A stretch of 45,969 bases of DNA from positions 1 through 45,969 of the forward strand of contig CAZUGB010000225.1 in the NCBI GenBank assembly GCA_964619925.1, written 5' to 3'. The notes under the pieces are model-generated. The model worked only from the letters and a program-made list of their open reading frames with translations. It did no database searches and had not been told where the DNA came from. Below, one piece after another: positions 28,910-37,363 of this stretch (its first letter is position 1; each line of letters opens with the position of its first letter). The position numbers and the translations under genes were made by a program. This DNA is from an uncultured Candidatus Cloacimonadota bacterium. Lineage in GTDB: Bacteria; Cloacimonadota; Cloacimonadia; Cloacimonadales; TCS61.

Positions 28910-30523
28910 ATGAAAAAACTATTTGTATTTATTTTAATTATGTTTTCAATTGTTTTGTTATTTTCCGATGTTGTTGAAAACTGGGTAAATGTTTATTCCA
29001 ATGATAATGTGGCAATGGGAGAAGTGCCCTATGATATTGTGGTTGATAGCAATAGAAATACTTATGTCTGCGGTCAAACCGGAACTGTTCAAAATTATGA
29101 TTATGATGCTTTTATTCAAAAAATATCACCGGAAGGCGAAACACTTTGGTTCAGAACGTTCGGAGATGACAGCGGTTCTGATAATTGGGCGGATATATTA
29201 AAAAAAATGCTTTTGGACGAAGAAAATGATGCTCTTTATCTTGTGGGTCAATATTGTCCTCCTTCCGATCCCGCTCATCCTCGTATTTGTTTGGTAAAGA
29301 TGAATTTGGAAGGTGAATTTATTTATCACAATTCATATCTTCCGGGGTACGGATATGATATTACATTTGCCCAAGATCATAATTTATTAATTAGCGGAAC
29401 CACGGCGGAATCAAAATTATTCCTTTCAAAAATAAATCCTACAACCGGTACTCCGTATTGGACGGCAATGCCTGTTTTTGATGATATGAATGGCGGAGGC
29501 ACAAATATTTGTGTGGGTGAAAACGGGAATATCTATCAAGGAGGAAGCGTAGGAAATCAATGGGCAGTGGTGAAATATGACAGTAGCGGAAATCCTCTTT
29601 GGATAAAACGTTATGAAAGTCCCAATTCGGATGGAGACTGGTACCCTGTAGTCCGATTTATAGGATATTCAAATGATAAAATTTATGCCGTCGGTATGGT
29701 TAATAAAATTACAAATAATGATATTCAAGTGATATGTTATGACTTTTTGGGAAATGAAATTTGGCAAGATACTTATGACGGCGGATACGGATTTGATGCT
29801 TGCGAAGGAATGAAAATTGATAGCGAAGGTAATATTATCATAGCGGGACACGCGGCTCTTTCGGAAAATTCATCGAAAATTACGGTATTAAAATATTCTT
29901 CAAACGGAGAAAGAATTTGGACATACGAAAGTAATGTAAACGGTCTGGAAGAAGGGGCTATGGATGTGGATATCGATAGTAATAATGATGTTTATATAAC
30001 AGGTTACAGGCAAAGACAAGGTCTGCAATATCCCGACGATTATCTCACACAAAAACTATCCGGAGAAGACGGATCGTTAATCTGGGAATTTACTTACGAC
30101 AGAGACGATACTACCGATGAAGCTAAAGCCATAGTTGTATTTGATGTGAATGATGTGTTTGTAACAGGTAGAAGTCATACTTGGAATACTTGGTATGATA
30201 TTGTTACGATCAATTACAAAGATAACTCGGAGGATTTGTTTGAAAATAGTGTACCGCCATTGAAAAATACGGTAAAAATCTACCCGAATCCGTTTATTGA
30301 AAAAACCAATATCAAAATATCCGAAGATTCCCAAGATGAATTTGTTATAAAAATTTATAATTTAAAAGGCGAACTAATAAGAAGATTAAATACATATCAA
30401 AAGGAAGCGGTTTGGGATTCTAAGGATAAATCGGGACAAAAAGTTTCGTCGGGTATATATCTTTGTAAGGTATCTTCAAATAATAAAGTTATTTCTTCAC
30501 GGAAAATTGTTGTAATAAAATAA
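28910..30523 (+). CDS. Secreted beta-propeller (SBBP-type repeat) protein with T9SS-type C-terminal sorting domain
   Basis: Signal peptide. Six or more repeats of the form D(I/V)xxDSxGNxYxxG (DIVVDSNRNTYVCGQT, NICVGENGNIYQGGS, MKIDSEGNIIIAGHA, VDIDSNNDVYITGY ..). C-terminal IYPNPF..IKIYNLKGELIRRL..GIYLCKV tail. Confidence 0.8.
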   Translation: MKKLFVFILIMFSIVLLFSDVVENWVNVYSNDNVAMGEVPYDIVVDSNRNTYVCGQTGTVQNYDYDAFIQKISPEGETLWFRTFGDDSGSDNWADILKKMLLDEENDALYLVGQYCPPSDPAHPRICLVKMNLEGEFIYHNSYLPGYGYDITFAQDHNLLISGTTAESKLFLSKINPTTGTPYWTAMPVFDDMNGGGTNICVGENGNIYQGGSVGNQWAVVKYDSSGNPLWIKRYESPNSDGDWYPVVRFIGYSNDKIYAVGMVNKITNNDIQVICYDFLGNEIWQDTYDGGYGFDACEGMKIDSEGNIIIAGHAALSENSSKITVLKYSSNGERIWTYESNVNGLEEGAMDVDIDSNNDVYITGYRQRQGLQYPDDYLTQKLSGEDGSLIWEFTYDRDDTTDEAKAIVVFDVNDVFVTGRSHTWNTWYDIVTINYKDNSEDLFENSVPPLKNTVKIYPNPFIEKTNIKISEDSQDEFVIKIYNLKGELIRRLNTYQKEAVWDSKDKSGQKVSSGIYLCKVSSNNKVISSRKIVVIK

Positions 30524-32040
30524 TGAATCTCATACCCAAACCCGATAAATGTATCCAAAAATCAGGATTTTATAAAATCAAAAATCCCTTTCGAATAAAA
30601 AGACCCGAATCGAAATTCGAAGCAAGCTATTTTATTAAAAAATTATATCTTTTTAAAGGTGTCAGGGTGATATTTACGGATAAAAACCCTGATTTGATTT
30701 TTACAAAAGATGATAAAATTCATAACGATGAAGGTTATTTTTTAAGGATAGACAATAACGGACTTGAAATAAAAGCCGCAAAAGAGCAGGGATTTTTTTA
30801 CGGACTTATTACGTTGTTACAGATAATTTTTCAATACTATCCCGATTTACCGTTTTGCGAAATAGAGGATTTTCCCGTTTTCAAATGGAGAGGTATGCAT
30901 CTTGATGTAAGCAGACATTTTTTTGATGTTTCCTTTGTAAAAAGGTATTTGGATGCTATGGCGTTGTACAAATTTAATGTTTTTCATTGGCATCTTACCG
31001 ACGATAACGGTTGGAGAATAGAGATAAAAAAATATCCCGAACTTACGTCAGTATCTGCATATAGAAAAAATTTGGAGCATATCCCTTGGAGGGAAAGAGA
31101 AAAAAAAGATTATAAGGCGAAAGGAATTTACGGAGGTTTTTATAATCAGGAAGAGATAAAAGAAATAGTGAATTACGCCCGAAAACGACACATCAAAATT
31201 TTACCGGAAATCGAAATGCCCGGACATTCCAGAGAGGTGTTTGCCGCATACCCGCAATTTTCTTGTAAAAGAAAAAAATTAACCGTTGCCCCCGGCGGTT
31301 ATTGGCCTAATACCGATATTTTTTGCGCGGGAAATGATGAAACTTTTGTTTTCTTGGAAAATATTTTAAAAGAAGTAAGTTCTCTTTTTCCTTTTGAATA
31401 TATTCACATTGGAGGGGATGAAGTTGATAAATCGAATTGGGAAACTTGCCCCGAATGCCAAAAAAGAATCAAAAATGAAAATTTGAAAAATGTGGATGAA
31501 TTACAAAGCTGGTTTATAAAAAAAATTGAAAAGATATTAAAAAAGTACGGAAAAAAACTGGTCGGTTGGGACGAAATTACGGAAGGCGGATTAAATGAAA
31601 CAGCCACGGTGATGTGTTGGCGAGGAGACGGAAAGAAAGCCGCTATGTTATCACTTTCAAAAGGGAATAATGTGATTTTGTGTCCTAATACCGTGTTATA
31701 TTTTGATTGGCGACAATCATACGAAAAAGGTGAACAGGGAGATTTCGGGGTTACCACAATAAAAAAAGTATATCACTTTAATCCCGTTTTTCCCGAAATT
31801 CCTTATGAAAAAGTTAATAAGATTTTAGGAGCGCAGGGTAACGTTTGGACCGAATTTATGAATAGTGAAAAAGAAGTGGAATATATGGTTTTTCCTCGAT
31901 TATTGGCACTTTCGGAAGTTTTGTGGACAAATCCCAAGTTAAAAAATTGGAATGATTTTAAAAACAGACTTTTAAATCATTTTTACATTTTGGATTTATT
32001 GCAAATAAATTATAAAAAAAGAATACCGGAAAAATTATAG
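30523..32040 (+). CDS. Beta-N-acetylhexosaminidase (glycoside hydrolase family 20)
   Basis: GH20b start LIPKPDK..GFY. WRGMHLDVSRHFF, FHWHLTDDNGWRIEIKKYPELT, catalytic HIGGDEV. The ATG overlaps the upstream TAA (TAATG). No signal peptide is visible. Confidence 0.92.
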   Translation: MNLIPKPDKCIQKSGFYKIKNPFRIKRPESKFEASYFIKKLYLFKGVRVIFTDKNPDLIFTKDDKIHNDEGYFLRIDNNGLEIKAAKEQGFFYGLITLLQIIFQYYPDLPFCEIEDFPVFKWRGMHLDVSRHFFDVSFVKRYLDAMALYKFNVFHWHLTDDNGWRIEIKKYPELTSVSAYRKNLEHIPWREREKKDYKAKGIYGGFYNQEEIKEIVNYARKRHIKILPEIEMPGHSREVFAAYPQFSCKRKKLTVAPGGYWPNTDIFCAGNDETFVFLENILKEVSSLFPFEYIHIGGDEVDKSNWETCPECQKRIKNENLKNVDELQSWFIKKIEKILKKYGKKLVGWDEITEGGLNETATVMCWRGDGKKAAMLSLSKGNNVILCPNTVLYFDWRQSYEKGEQGDFGVTTIKKVYHFNPVFPEIPYEKVNKILGAQGNVWTEFMNSEKEVEYMVFPRLLALSEVLWTNPKLKNWNDFKNRLLNHFYILDLLQINYKKRIPEKL

Positions 32041-32180
32041 TTTTTTATTCGCTTTTTTTACTTTATAAATCAGCAGGTTATCTTTTGTTTGTAATTATAA
32101 AATTATTTTGTGTTTTTTATTGACGTAGCCACATTATAAAAAAAAGCGTTTCGAAAAGAATTAATTATTAAGGAGATATT

Positions 32181-32642
32181 ATGAGTAAGATACTGAATAT
32201 CAGCGATTATATCTCACCGGAAAGGATTATACAAATCAAATCCGATGACAAAAAAACAGCCCTGAAAGAACTGATTTCCGTGATTGTAAAAAGCGAGCAA
32301 GTAACCGATTCGAAAGTTTTTGAAAAAGAAATATTCAAAAGAGAAAAATTAATGAGCACGGGTATAGGCTATGGAATTGCAATTCCTCATATTCGTCATA
32401 AATCCATAAAAGATTTCGTTATAGCCGTAGGTATTAGCAAAAAAGGAGTGAAATATCAATCGATAGATGATCAACCGGTTCATCTGATATTTATGATAGG
32501 GGCTTCGGACAAACAAGATAAAGATTATATAAAATTACTTTCGAAGTTAGTTCTCAGACTCAAAGATGAAGACTTTAAAAATCAATTGATTAACGCATCT
32601 TCGGCGGAAGAAGTTTACAACGTGATAAAAAGTCACAAATAG
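32181..32642 (+). CDS. PTS EIIA-type-2 domain protein (EIIA-Ntr / PtsN-like regulator)
   Basis: 153 aa. ..REKLMSTGIGYGIAIPHIRH.. contains the phosphorylatable His motif of the PTS_EIIA_2 family. VHLIFMIGAS follows. AAGGAG RBS. Confidence 0.8.
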   Translation: MSKILNISDYISPERIIQIKSDDKKTALKELISVIVKSEQVTDSKVFEKEIFKREKLMSTGIGYGIAIPHIRHKSIKDFVIAVGISKKGVKYQSIDDQPVHLIFMIGASDKQDKDYIKLLSKLVLRLKDEDFKNQLINASSAEEVYNVIKSHK

Positions 32643-32651
32643 GAGACGATT

Positions 32652-32978
32652 ATGTATATGATACTTCATCTTTATAAAGAAAGATATCTCGATGATATTT
32701 TAATGGCGCTCACCGAAAGCGGGGTGGAAGATACCATAATTTTGGAAGGACAAACTTTGGGGCATAAATTGATAAGCGATATGCCTCTTTTCGCGGGTTT
32801 TCGTCAATCGTTCGGCACTAGAAAAGGCTTTGCAAAAATTATTATGGCAATAGCTACAAAAGATCAGATTGATACGTTTATTGATGAACTGAAAAATTCG
32901 GGGATAGATATCTTAAAAGAAGGAATAGCAAATATTGTTTTAATACCAATCGAGCAACAGTATCTATTTGAGGAATAG
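32652..32978 (+). CDS. Small hypothetical protein with predicted PII-like (beta-alpha-beta-beta-alpha-beta) fold
   Basis: 108 aa. The pattern MILHLY / ERYLDDILMALTESG / DTIILEG / long loop GHKLISDMPLFAGFRQSFGTRKG / FAKIIMAIA / KDQIDTFIDELKNSG / ANIVLIPIE fits a ferredoxin-like PII/PII-like layout with a T-loop. AGGAG RBS 6 nt upstream. Fold assignment is by eye only. Confidence 0.5.
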   Translation: MYMILHLYKERYLDDILMALTESGVEDTIILEGQTLGHKLISDMPLFAGFRQSFGTRKGFAKIIMAIATKDQIDTFIDELKNSGIDILKEGIANIVLIPIEQQYLFEE

Positions 32979-32981
32979 CTT

Positions 32982-34184
32982 ATGAGCGGAGAATTTTTAC
33001 TTCTTTTTTTCGGAATTTCCTTATTGCTTTCGATGATTCTTGCAAGAGGTGCCACATTAATTAAAACACCGTTAATTGTAGGATATATTATTGCCGGAGC
33101 AATATTGGGACCTGCCATATTGAACCTAATTCATATGGATCAGGTAAAATCATTAAGCATAATTAATACGTTAACGCTATCATTTATCGGTTTCGGTGTA
33201 GGTGGTGAATTAAAACTTTCGGAATTAAAAAAATTAGGGAAAGCGATAATCACCATAGTTCTTTGGGAAGCAACCGGAGCTTTTGTCGTTGTGGCGGCTA
33301 CTACGGCTTTGATACTTCATAATATTCCTTTGGGGATAATATACGGAGCGTTGGCATCCGCCACGGCACCTGCCGGAACTACGGATGTTATTAAGCAATA
33401 TAAAGCAAAGGGAAATTTAACCACCACACTTTATGCCGTTATGGGATTGGATGATATTTATGCTTTGATAATTTATACTTTGGCTATACCCATAGCGATT
33501 ATTATGTTAGGCGGAAAGTCCGAAAGCGGTTCAATAGGTCAGGGTTTATTAAAAGCGGGTTTGGAAGTATTGTTATCATTGGGAATAGGTTCCACGATAG
33601 GTTTTATTGTGGCTTATTTTTCCGCAAAGATTCATGACAGGGCTTCCATTTTATTTTTTGCTTTGGGTATAATATTTTTGGGATGTTTTGTTGCCGAAAA
33701 GCTGGAATTATCACCTATTTTATTAAATATGGCGGTAGGTATTGTAGCTGTAAATTATAAACCTATGATTGCCCGAAAGGTTTTTCAAACCTTGGGTGAT
33801 TGGTCGCCACCTATGTATGTGTGGTTTTTTGTGCTTATCGGAACGAGACTTGATTTTCATATGATAATTACCTATTGGGTTTTGATATTGGGATATATCA
33901 TTTCAAGAACAATGGGAAAATGGGGTGGAGCTTATGCCGGTTCCAAAATATCTCATTCACCTCAAAAAACCGTGGAATATCTCGGTTTTACATTATTATC
34001 GCAAGCCGGAGTGGCAATAGGTTTATCTCTTGCGGCGGCAAAATCTTTGGAAAAGCTTCATCATCATTCCGAAGCGGTTCAGGTGATAAGTGTAATGACT
34101 GCAACCACATTTTTGATTATGTTGATAGGTCCCATAGTGGTAAAATGGGCACTCATAAAAGCCGGAGAAGCCAAAGATATATAA
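32982..34184 (+). CDS. Cation:proton antiporter, CPA2 / Na_H_Exchanger family (membrane domain only, no RCK domain)
   Basis: 400 aa with ~12 TM segments. The N-terminus LLSMILARGATLIKTPLIVGYIIAGAILGPAILNLI is typical of Kef/CPA2 antiporters. The protein ends right after the last TM. Confidence 0.85.
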   Translation: MSGEFLLLFFGISLLLSMILARGATLIKTPLIVGYIIAGAILGPAILNLIHMDQVKSLSIINTLTLSFIGFGVGGELKLSELKKLGKAIITIVLWEATGAFVVVAATTALILHNIPLGIIYGALASATAPAGTTDVIKQYKAKGNLTTTLYAVMGLDDIYALIIYTLAIPIAIIMLGGKSESGSIGQGLLKAGLEVLLSLGIGSTIGFIVAYFSAKIHDRASILFFALGIIFLGCFVAEKLELSPILLNMAVGIVAVNYKPMIARKVFQTLGDWSPPMYVWFFVLIGTRLDFHMIITYWVLILGYIISRTMGKWGGAYAGSKISHSPQKTVEYLGFTLLSQAGVAIGLSLAAAKSLEKLHHHSEAVQVISVMTATTFLIMLIGPIVVKWALIKAGEAKDI

Positions 34185-34274
34185 ATTATTTTTAATCCGA
34201 TAAGAAATTATATATTTTTAGTTGGATATTTTTCCACTGTTTTTTATAAATTTCTTTTCGAAAAAGAAAAATAA

Positions 34275-34307
34275 AAAATCCCCCCGAGCGATAAAAGGGG
34301 GGATTTT
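34275..34307. terminator. Strong GC-core hairpin terminator (usable in both directions)
   Basis: AAAATCCCCCC (34275-34285) / GGGGGGATTTT (34297-34307) with an 11-nt loop. On the + strand it is followed by a U-rich AUUUUAAU. On the - strand it is followed by a longer T-rich run (complement of 34255-34278). Confidence 0.8.
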
Positions 34308-34428
34308 AATGATAGAGCAAAAGCAACTGAAATCTTTTATTTTATGATTTGAACAGAACCAATTTCGTAGTTGACAGATTATACCTTTTTTTTGTTTTTT
34401 CACAGAAAAATTTATTTAAGAGGTATTA

Positions 34429-35553
34429 ATGAAAAATATTGTAGATTATTTCATTTCGCTTGTAACCATAGATAGCGAATCAAAGCAGGAAAAAGATGTA
34501 GCTTTAAAAATAGCGAAAGATCTAAAAGAGCTTGGAGCGGAAGAGGTTAAATTTGATAATGCCAATGAAAAAACTGGTGGGAATATAGGTAATTTGTATG
34601 CATATTTCAAAGGCGATGTAAAAAAAGATCCGATACTTTTTTGCGCTCATATGGATACCGTAATTCCGGGAAAAAATATCAAACCGCAAATCAAAGACGG
34701 AATAATATTTTCCGACGGTACCACCGTTTTGGGAAGTGATGACAAATCGGGTATTGCGGAAATTTTCTGGGCGATAAAAACATTAAAAGAAAACAATGAA
34801 AAACTGCCGCCGATAGAGGTTTTGTTTACAATATCGGAAGAAATAGGTTTACTGGGAGCCAAATATCTTGATTACTCAATGATAAAATCCAAATTCGGCT
34901 ATGCCTTTGATAGTCATCGCATAGGAGAAATAGTATTGGGAGCGCCTTATCAAAACTCTATGGAATACATTGTGTATGGCAAAGAATCTCACGCCGGAGC
35001 GGCACCGGAATTGGGTATTAATGCCATAAAACTATCGGCGGAAGCTATCACAAAGATGCCATTGGGTAGAATTGACGAAGAAACAACTTCAAATGTGGGT
35101 ATTATCGAAGGTGGCAGAGCCACAAATATAGTTCCGCCAAAAGTTGTAATGAAAGCAGAAGCAAGAAGCAGAAATTTGGATAAACTTAATGATGTTACCG
35201 AAAAAATGTCGAAGGCATTATTGGAAACAGCGGAAAAATATGTTTTGGGAGAACACAAAGCAAGAGTGGAAATCAAAGTGGAAAGAGAATATGATGCTTT
35301 TTTAATTTCCGAAGATGATCCGGCTGTTGTTTTGGCAAAGAAAGCCGCCGAAAAACTAAATATCGAATTTACTTCTGCGGTAGGCGGAGGCGGTTCGGAT
35401 GCTAATATTTTCAATTCGAAAGGTGTTAAAATGCTTATCGCCGGTAGCGGAATGAACAAAGTTCACACAAAAGAAGAATATATTCCGATAGAAGATTTGG
35501 AAAACGGTGCAAAATGGATTATGGAAATAATCAAACTTTATGCGGAATCATAA
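34429..35553 (+). CDS. M20-family metallopeptidase (peptidase T-like / YqjE-like)
   Basis: Metal-ligand motifs CAHMDTV, GSDDKSGIA, ISEEIGLLGAK, ..GKESHAG... 374 aa. Directly coupled to dapB. Confidence 0.85.
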   Translation: MKNIVDYFISLVTIDSESKQEKDVALKIAKDLKELGAEEVKFDNANEKTGGNIGNLYAYFKGDVKKDPILFCAHMDTVIPGKNIKPQIKDGIIFSDGTTVLGSDDKSGIAEIFWAIKTLKENNEKLPPIEVLFTISEEIGLLGAKYLDYSMIKSKFGYAFDSHRIGEIVLGAPYQNSMEYIVYGKESHAGAAPELGINAIKLSAEAITKMPLGRIDEETTSNVGIIEGGRATNIVPPKVVMKAEARSRNLDKLNDVTEKMSKALLETAEKYVLGEHKARVEIKVEREYDAFLISEDDPAVVLAKKAAEKLNIEFTSAVGGGGSDANIFNSKGVKMLIAGSGMNKVHTKEEYIPIEDLENGAKWIMEIIKLYAES

Positions 35554-36295
35554 AATGATAAATGTAGCGCTTATCGGATACGGAAAAATGGGAATGCTAA
35601 TCAATGAATTGGCACCCGAACACGATATTAAAATAACCGGAAAAATAGATCCTGTAAAATTCGGTAATCGAATTTCGGAAGAAGAATTACAAGATGCAGA
35701 TGTTTGCATTGATTTTACCCGTCCCGATGTGGTTATTGAAAATATAAAAAAAGTAGCCGAACTCGGGAAAAATATAGTGGTTGGCACTACCGGTTGGTTT
35801 TCTTATAAAAAAGAGATTGAAGAATTGGTAAAAAAACATAACATCGGTTTGATTTATTCCGCAAATTTTTCTCTCGGTATGAATATATTTTTCAAAATTG
35901 TGGATTATGCCACCAAATTAACCGCAAATATAAAAGATTATGACATATACGGTATAGAAAAGCATCATAACAAAAAATTGGATAGCCCTTCGGGAACAGC
36001 GAAAATGCTTTCGGATATCGTTTTGAAAAATTCATCATACAAAACGGTTTCACAATACGATAGAGTTCAAAGAAAAATCAAAGAAAATGAATTTCATTTT
36101 GCCAGTATCAGGGCGGGAGCAATATTCGGCGAGCATACCATCGGATTGGATTCGCCTGCTGATAGCATTATCCTTACACATTCTTTAAAAAATCGAAACG
36201 GTTTGGCGATAGGTGCCATTATGGCGGCAAAGTGGATTAAAGATAAAAAAGGTTTTTATAATTTTAGTGAAATTTTTGAGGAAATAGTATTGTGA
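35540..36295 (+). CDS. dapB: 4-hydroxy-tetrahydrodipicolinate reductase
   Basis: INVALIGYGKMG (NAD(P) fold), DFTRPDVV, VVGTTGW, EKHHNKKLDSPSGTA. The start may instead be the ATG at 35555 (MINVALIG..), 2 nt after the M20 stop. Confidence 0.93.
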   Translation: MRNHKMINVALIGYGKMGMLINELAPEHDIKITGKIDPVKFGNRISEEELQDADVCIDFTRPDVVIENIKKVAELGKNIVVGTTGWFSYKKEIEELVKKHNIGLIYSANFSLGMNIFFKIVDYATKLTANIKDYDIYGIEKHHNKKLDSPSGTAKMLSDIVLKNSSYKTVSQYDRVQRKIKENEFHFASIRAGAIFGEHTIGLDSPADSIILTHSLKNRNGLAIGAIMAAKWIKDKKGFYNFSEIFEEIVL

Positions 36296-37032
36296 TTTTT
36301 TACAAGATGCATGCTCAGGGTAATGATTTTATCATAACAGATGAAAAAGTAAACATCACAAAAAGGCTTGTTACGTTGTTATGCAATAGACATTTCGGTA
36401 TCGGAGCCGACGGGTTGGTATTACTTTCTCCTTCCCAAAAAGCCGATATAAAAATGCAAATTTATAATGCCGACGGCTCAAAAGCGGAAATATGCGGTTC
36501 AGCTTTGCGTTGCAGTGCTTTTCTTATGGCAAAAAACAAAAAATCGGTAAAAATAGAAACCGATGTAGGTGTAAAATTCGCTGAAATAGAAGATAATTTT
36601 ATAGAAGTGGAAATCGGTAAACCCGAATTTGTTTCGGACGAAAAAATTAAAATCGGTGATTTGTACGGTTATTATATTTCGGTAGGTAATCCGCATTTTG
36701 TTGTTTTTGTAAACGATTTGGATAGTGTGGAAAAATATGTGAAAAGCATATCGACAAATAAGATTTTTAAGGAAGGAATAAATATTGAATTTGTAAAAAT
36801 TACCGCTCGGGATAAAGTGGAAGTTCGTGTTTTTGAAAGGGGAGTTGGTGAAACCTTGGCATGTGGTACAGGTGCTTCGGCTGTTTTGTTTGCCGGTTTT
36901 AAAAATAAAATGTTAAGCAACAAAATAAAAATCAAATTTCCGGGCGGTGATGTTTTTACCCGAATTGAAAATGATTCCGTATATTTATCCGGTGAAGTAA
37001 AATTGGTCTTCAAAGGTGAAATAGAATTATGA
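36292..37032 (+). CDS. dapF: Diaminopimelate epimerase
   Basis: FYKMHAQGNDFII, GADGLVLL, first catalytic Cys in ICGSALRC, VGNPHFVVFV, second catalytic Cys in ETLACGTGASA. GTG start overlaps the dapB stop. Confidence 0.92.
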   Translation: MIFYKMHAQGNDFIITDEKVNITKRLVTLLCNRHFGIGADGLVLLSPSQKADIKMQIYNADGSKAEICGSALRCSAFLMAKNKKSVKIETDVGVKFAEIEDNFIEVEIGKPEFVSDEKIKIGDLYGYYISVGNPHFVVFVNDLDSVEKYVKSISTNKIFKEGINIEFVKITARDKVEVRVFERGVGETLACGTGASAVLFAGFKNKMLSNKIKIKFPGGDVFTRIENDSVYLSGEVKLVFKGEIEL

Positions 37033-37358
37033 AAATTATCTTTGTCATATTGATTTTTTTCTTTATTTTTTTATCTTTGAGTGCGTTGGATAGTTCAAAA
37101 TTATTCGGCAAAGATAAAATTATGCATTTTACACAAAGTTCGTTATTAACTTATTGGAATTACGGATTTGCAAAGGATTATCTTTTATTAAAGGGCAAGC
37201 AAAGTAAAATCTTTGCGGTTTCGGTATCTTTATCTTTGGGTGTTGGTAAAGAATTTAGCGATAAATATCTTAAAAAAACGTTTTTTAGTAAATATGATCT
37301 TTTTTACGACGTGTTAGGTATTGGATGCGGTATGGTTTTAATAAATAATTTGAGGTAA
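37029..37358 (+). CDS. Small hypothetical membrane/exported protein
   Basis: 109 aa. N-terminal hydrophobic segment IIFVILIFFFIFLSLSA and a C-terminal hydrophobic segment. DKIMHF.. is reminiscent of YfiM/DUF2279-type small lipoproteins (weak). Translationally coupled (ATGA) to dapF. Confidence 0.5.
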   Translation: MKIIFVILIFFFIFLSLSALDSSKLFGKDKIMHFTQSSLLTYWNYGFAKDYLLLKGKQSKIFAVSVSLSLGVGKEFSDKYLKKTFFSKYDLFYDVLGIGCGMVLINNLR

Positions 37359-37363
37359 AATAA

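Noticed and set aside
32041-32180. c-di-AMP (ydaO/kimA-type) or other riboswitch upstream of the EIIA/PII-like/CPA2 genes.
   Set aside because: The region is 140 nt and almost devoid of G/C runs. None of the conserved ACGGGG/CCCG-type motifs are present.
34218-34403. 61-aa minus-strand ORF in the antiporter/M20 intergenic region.
   Set aside because: It has a GTG start without an RBS and a low-complexity F/K/C-rich product, and it reads straight through the GC-core terminator hairpin.
34185-34428. Lysine (L-box) riboswitch upstream of the M20-dapB-dapF genes.
   Set aside because: The leader is ~120 nt of AT-rich sequence after the terminator. It is too short and lacks the conserved GC-rich L-box helices.
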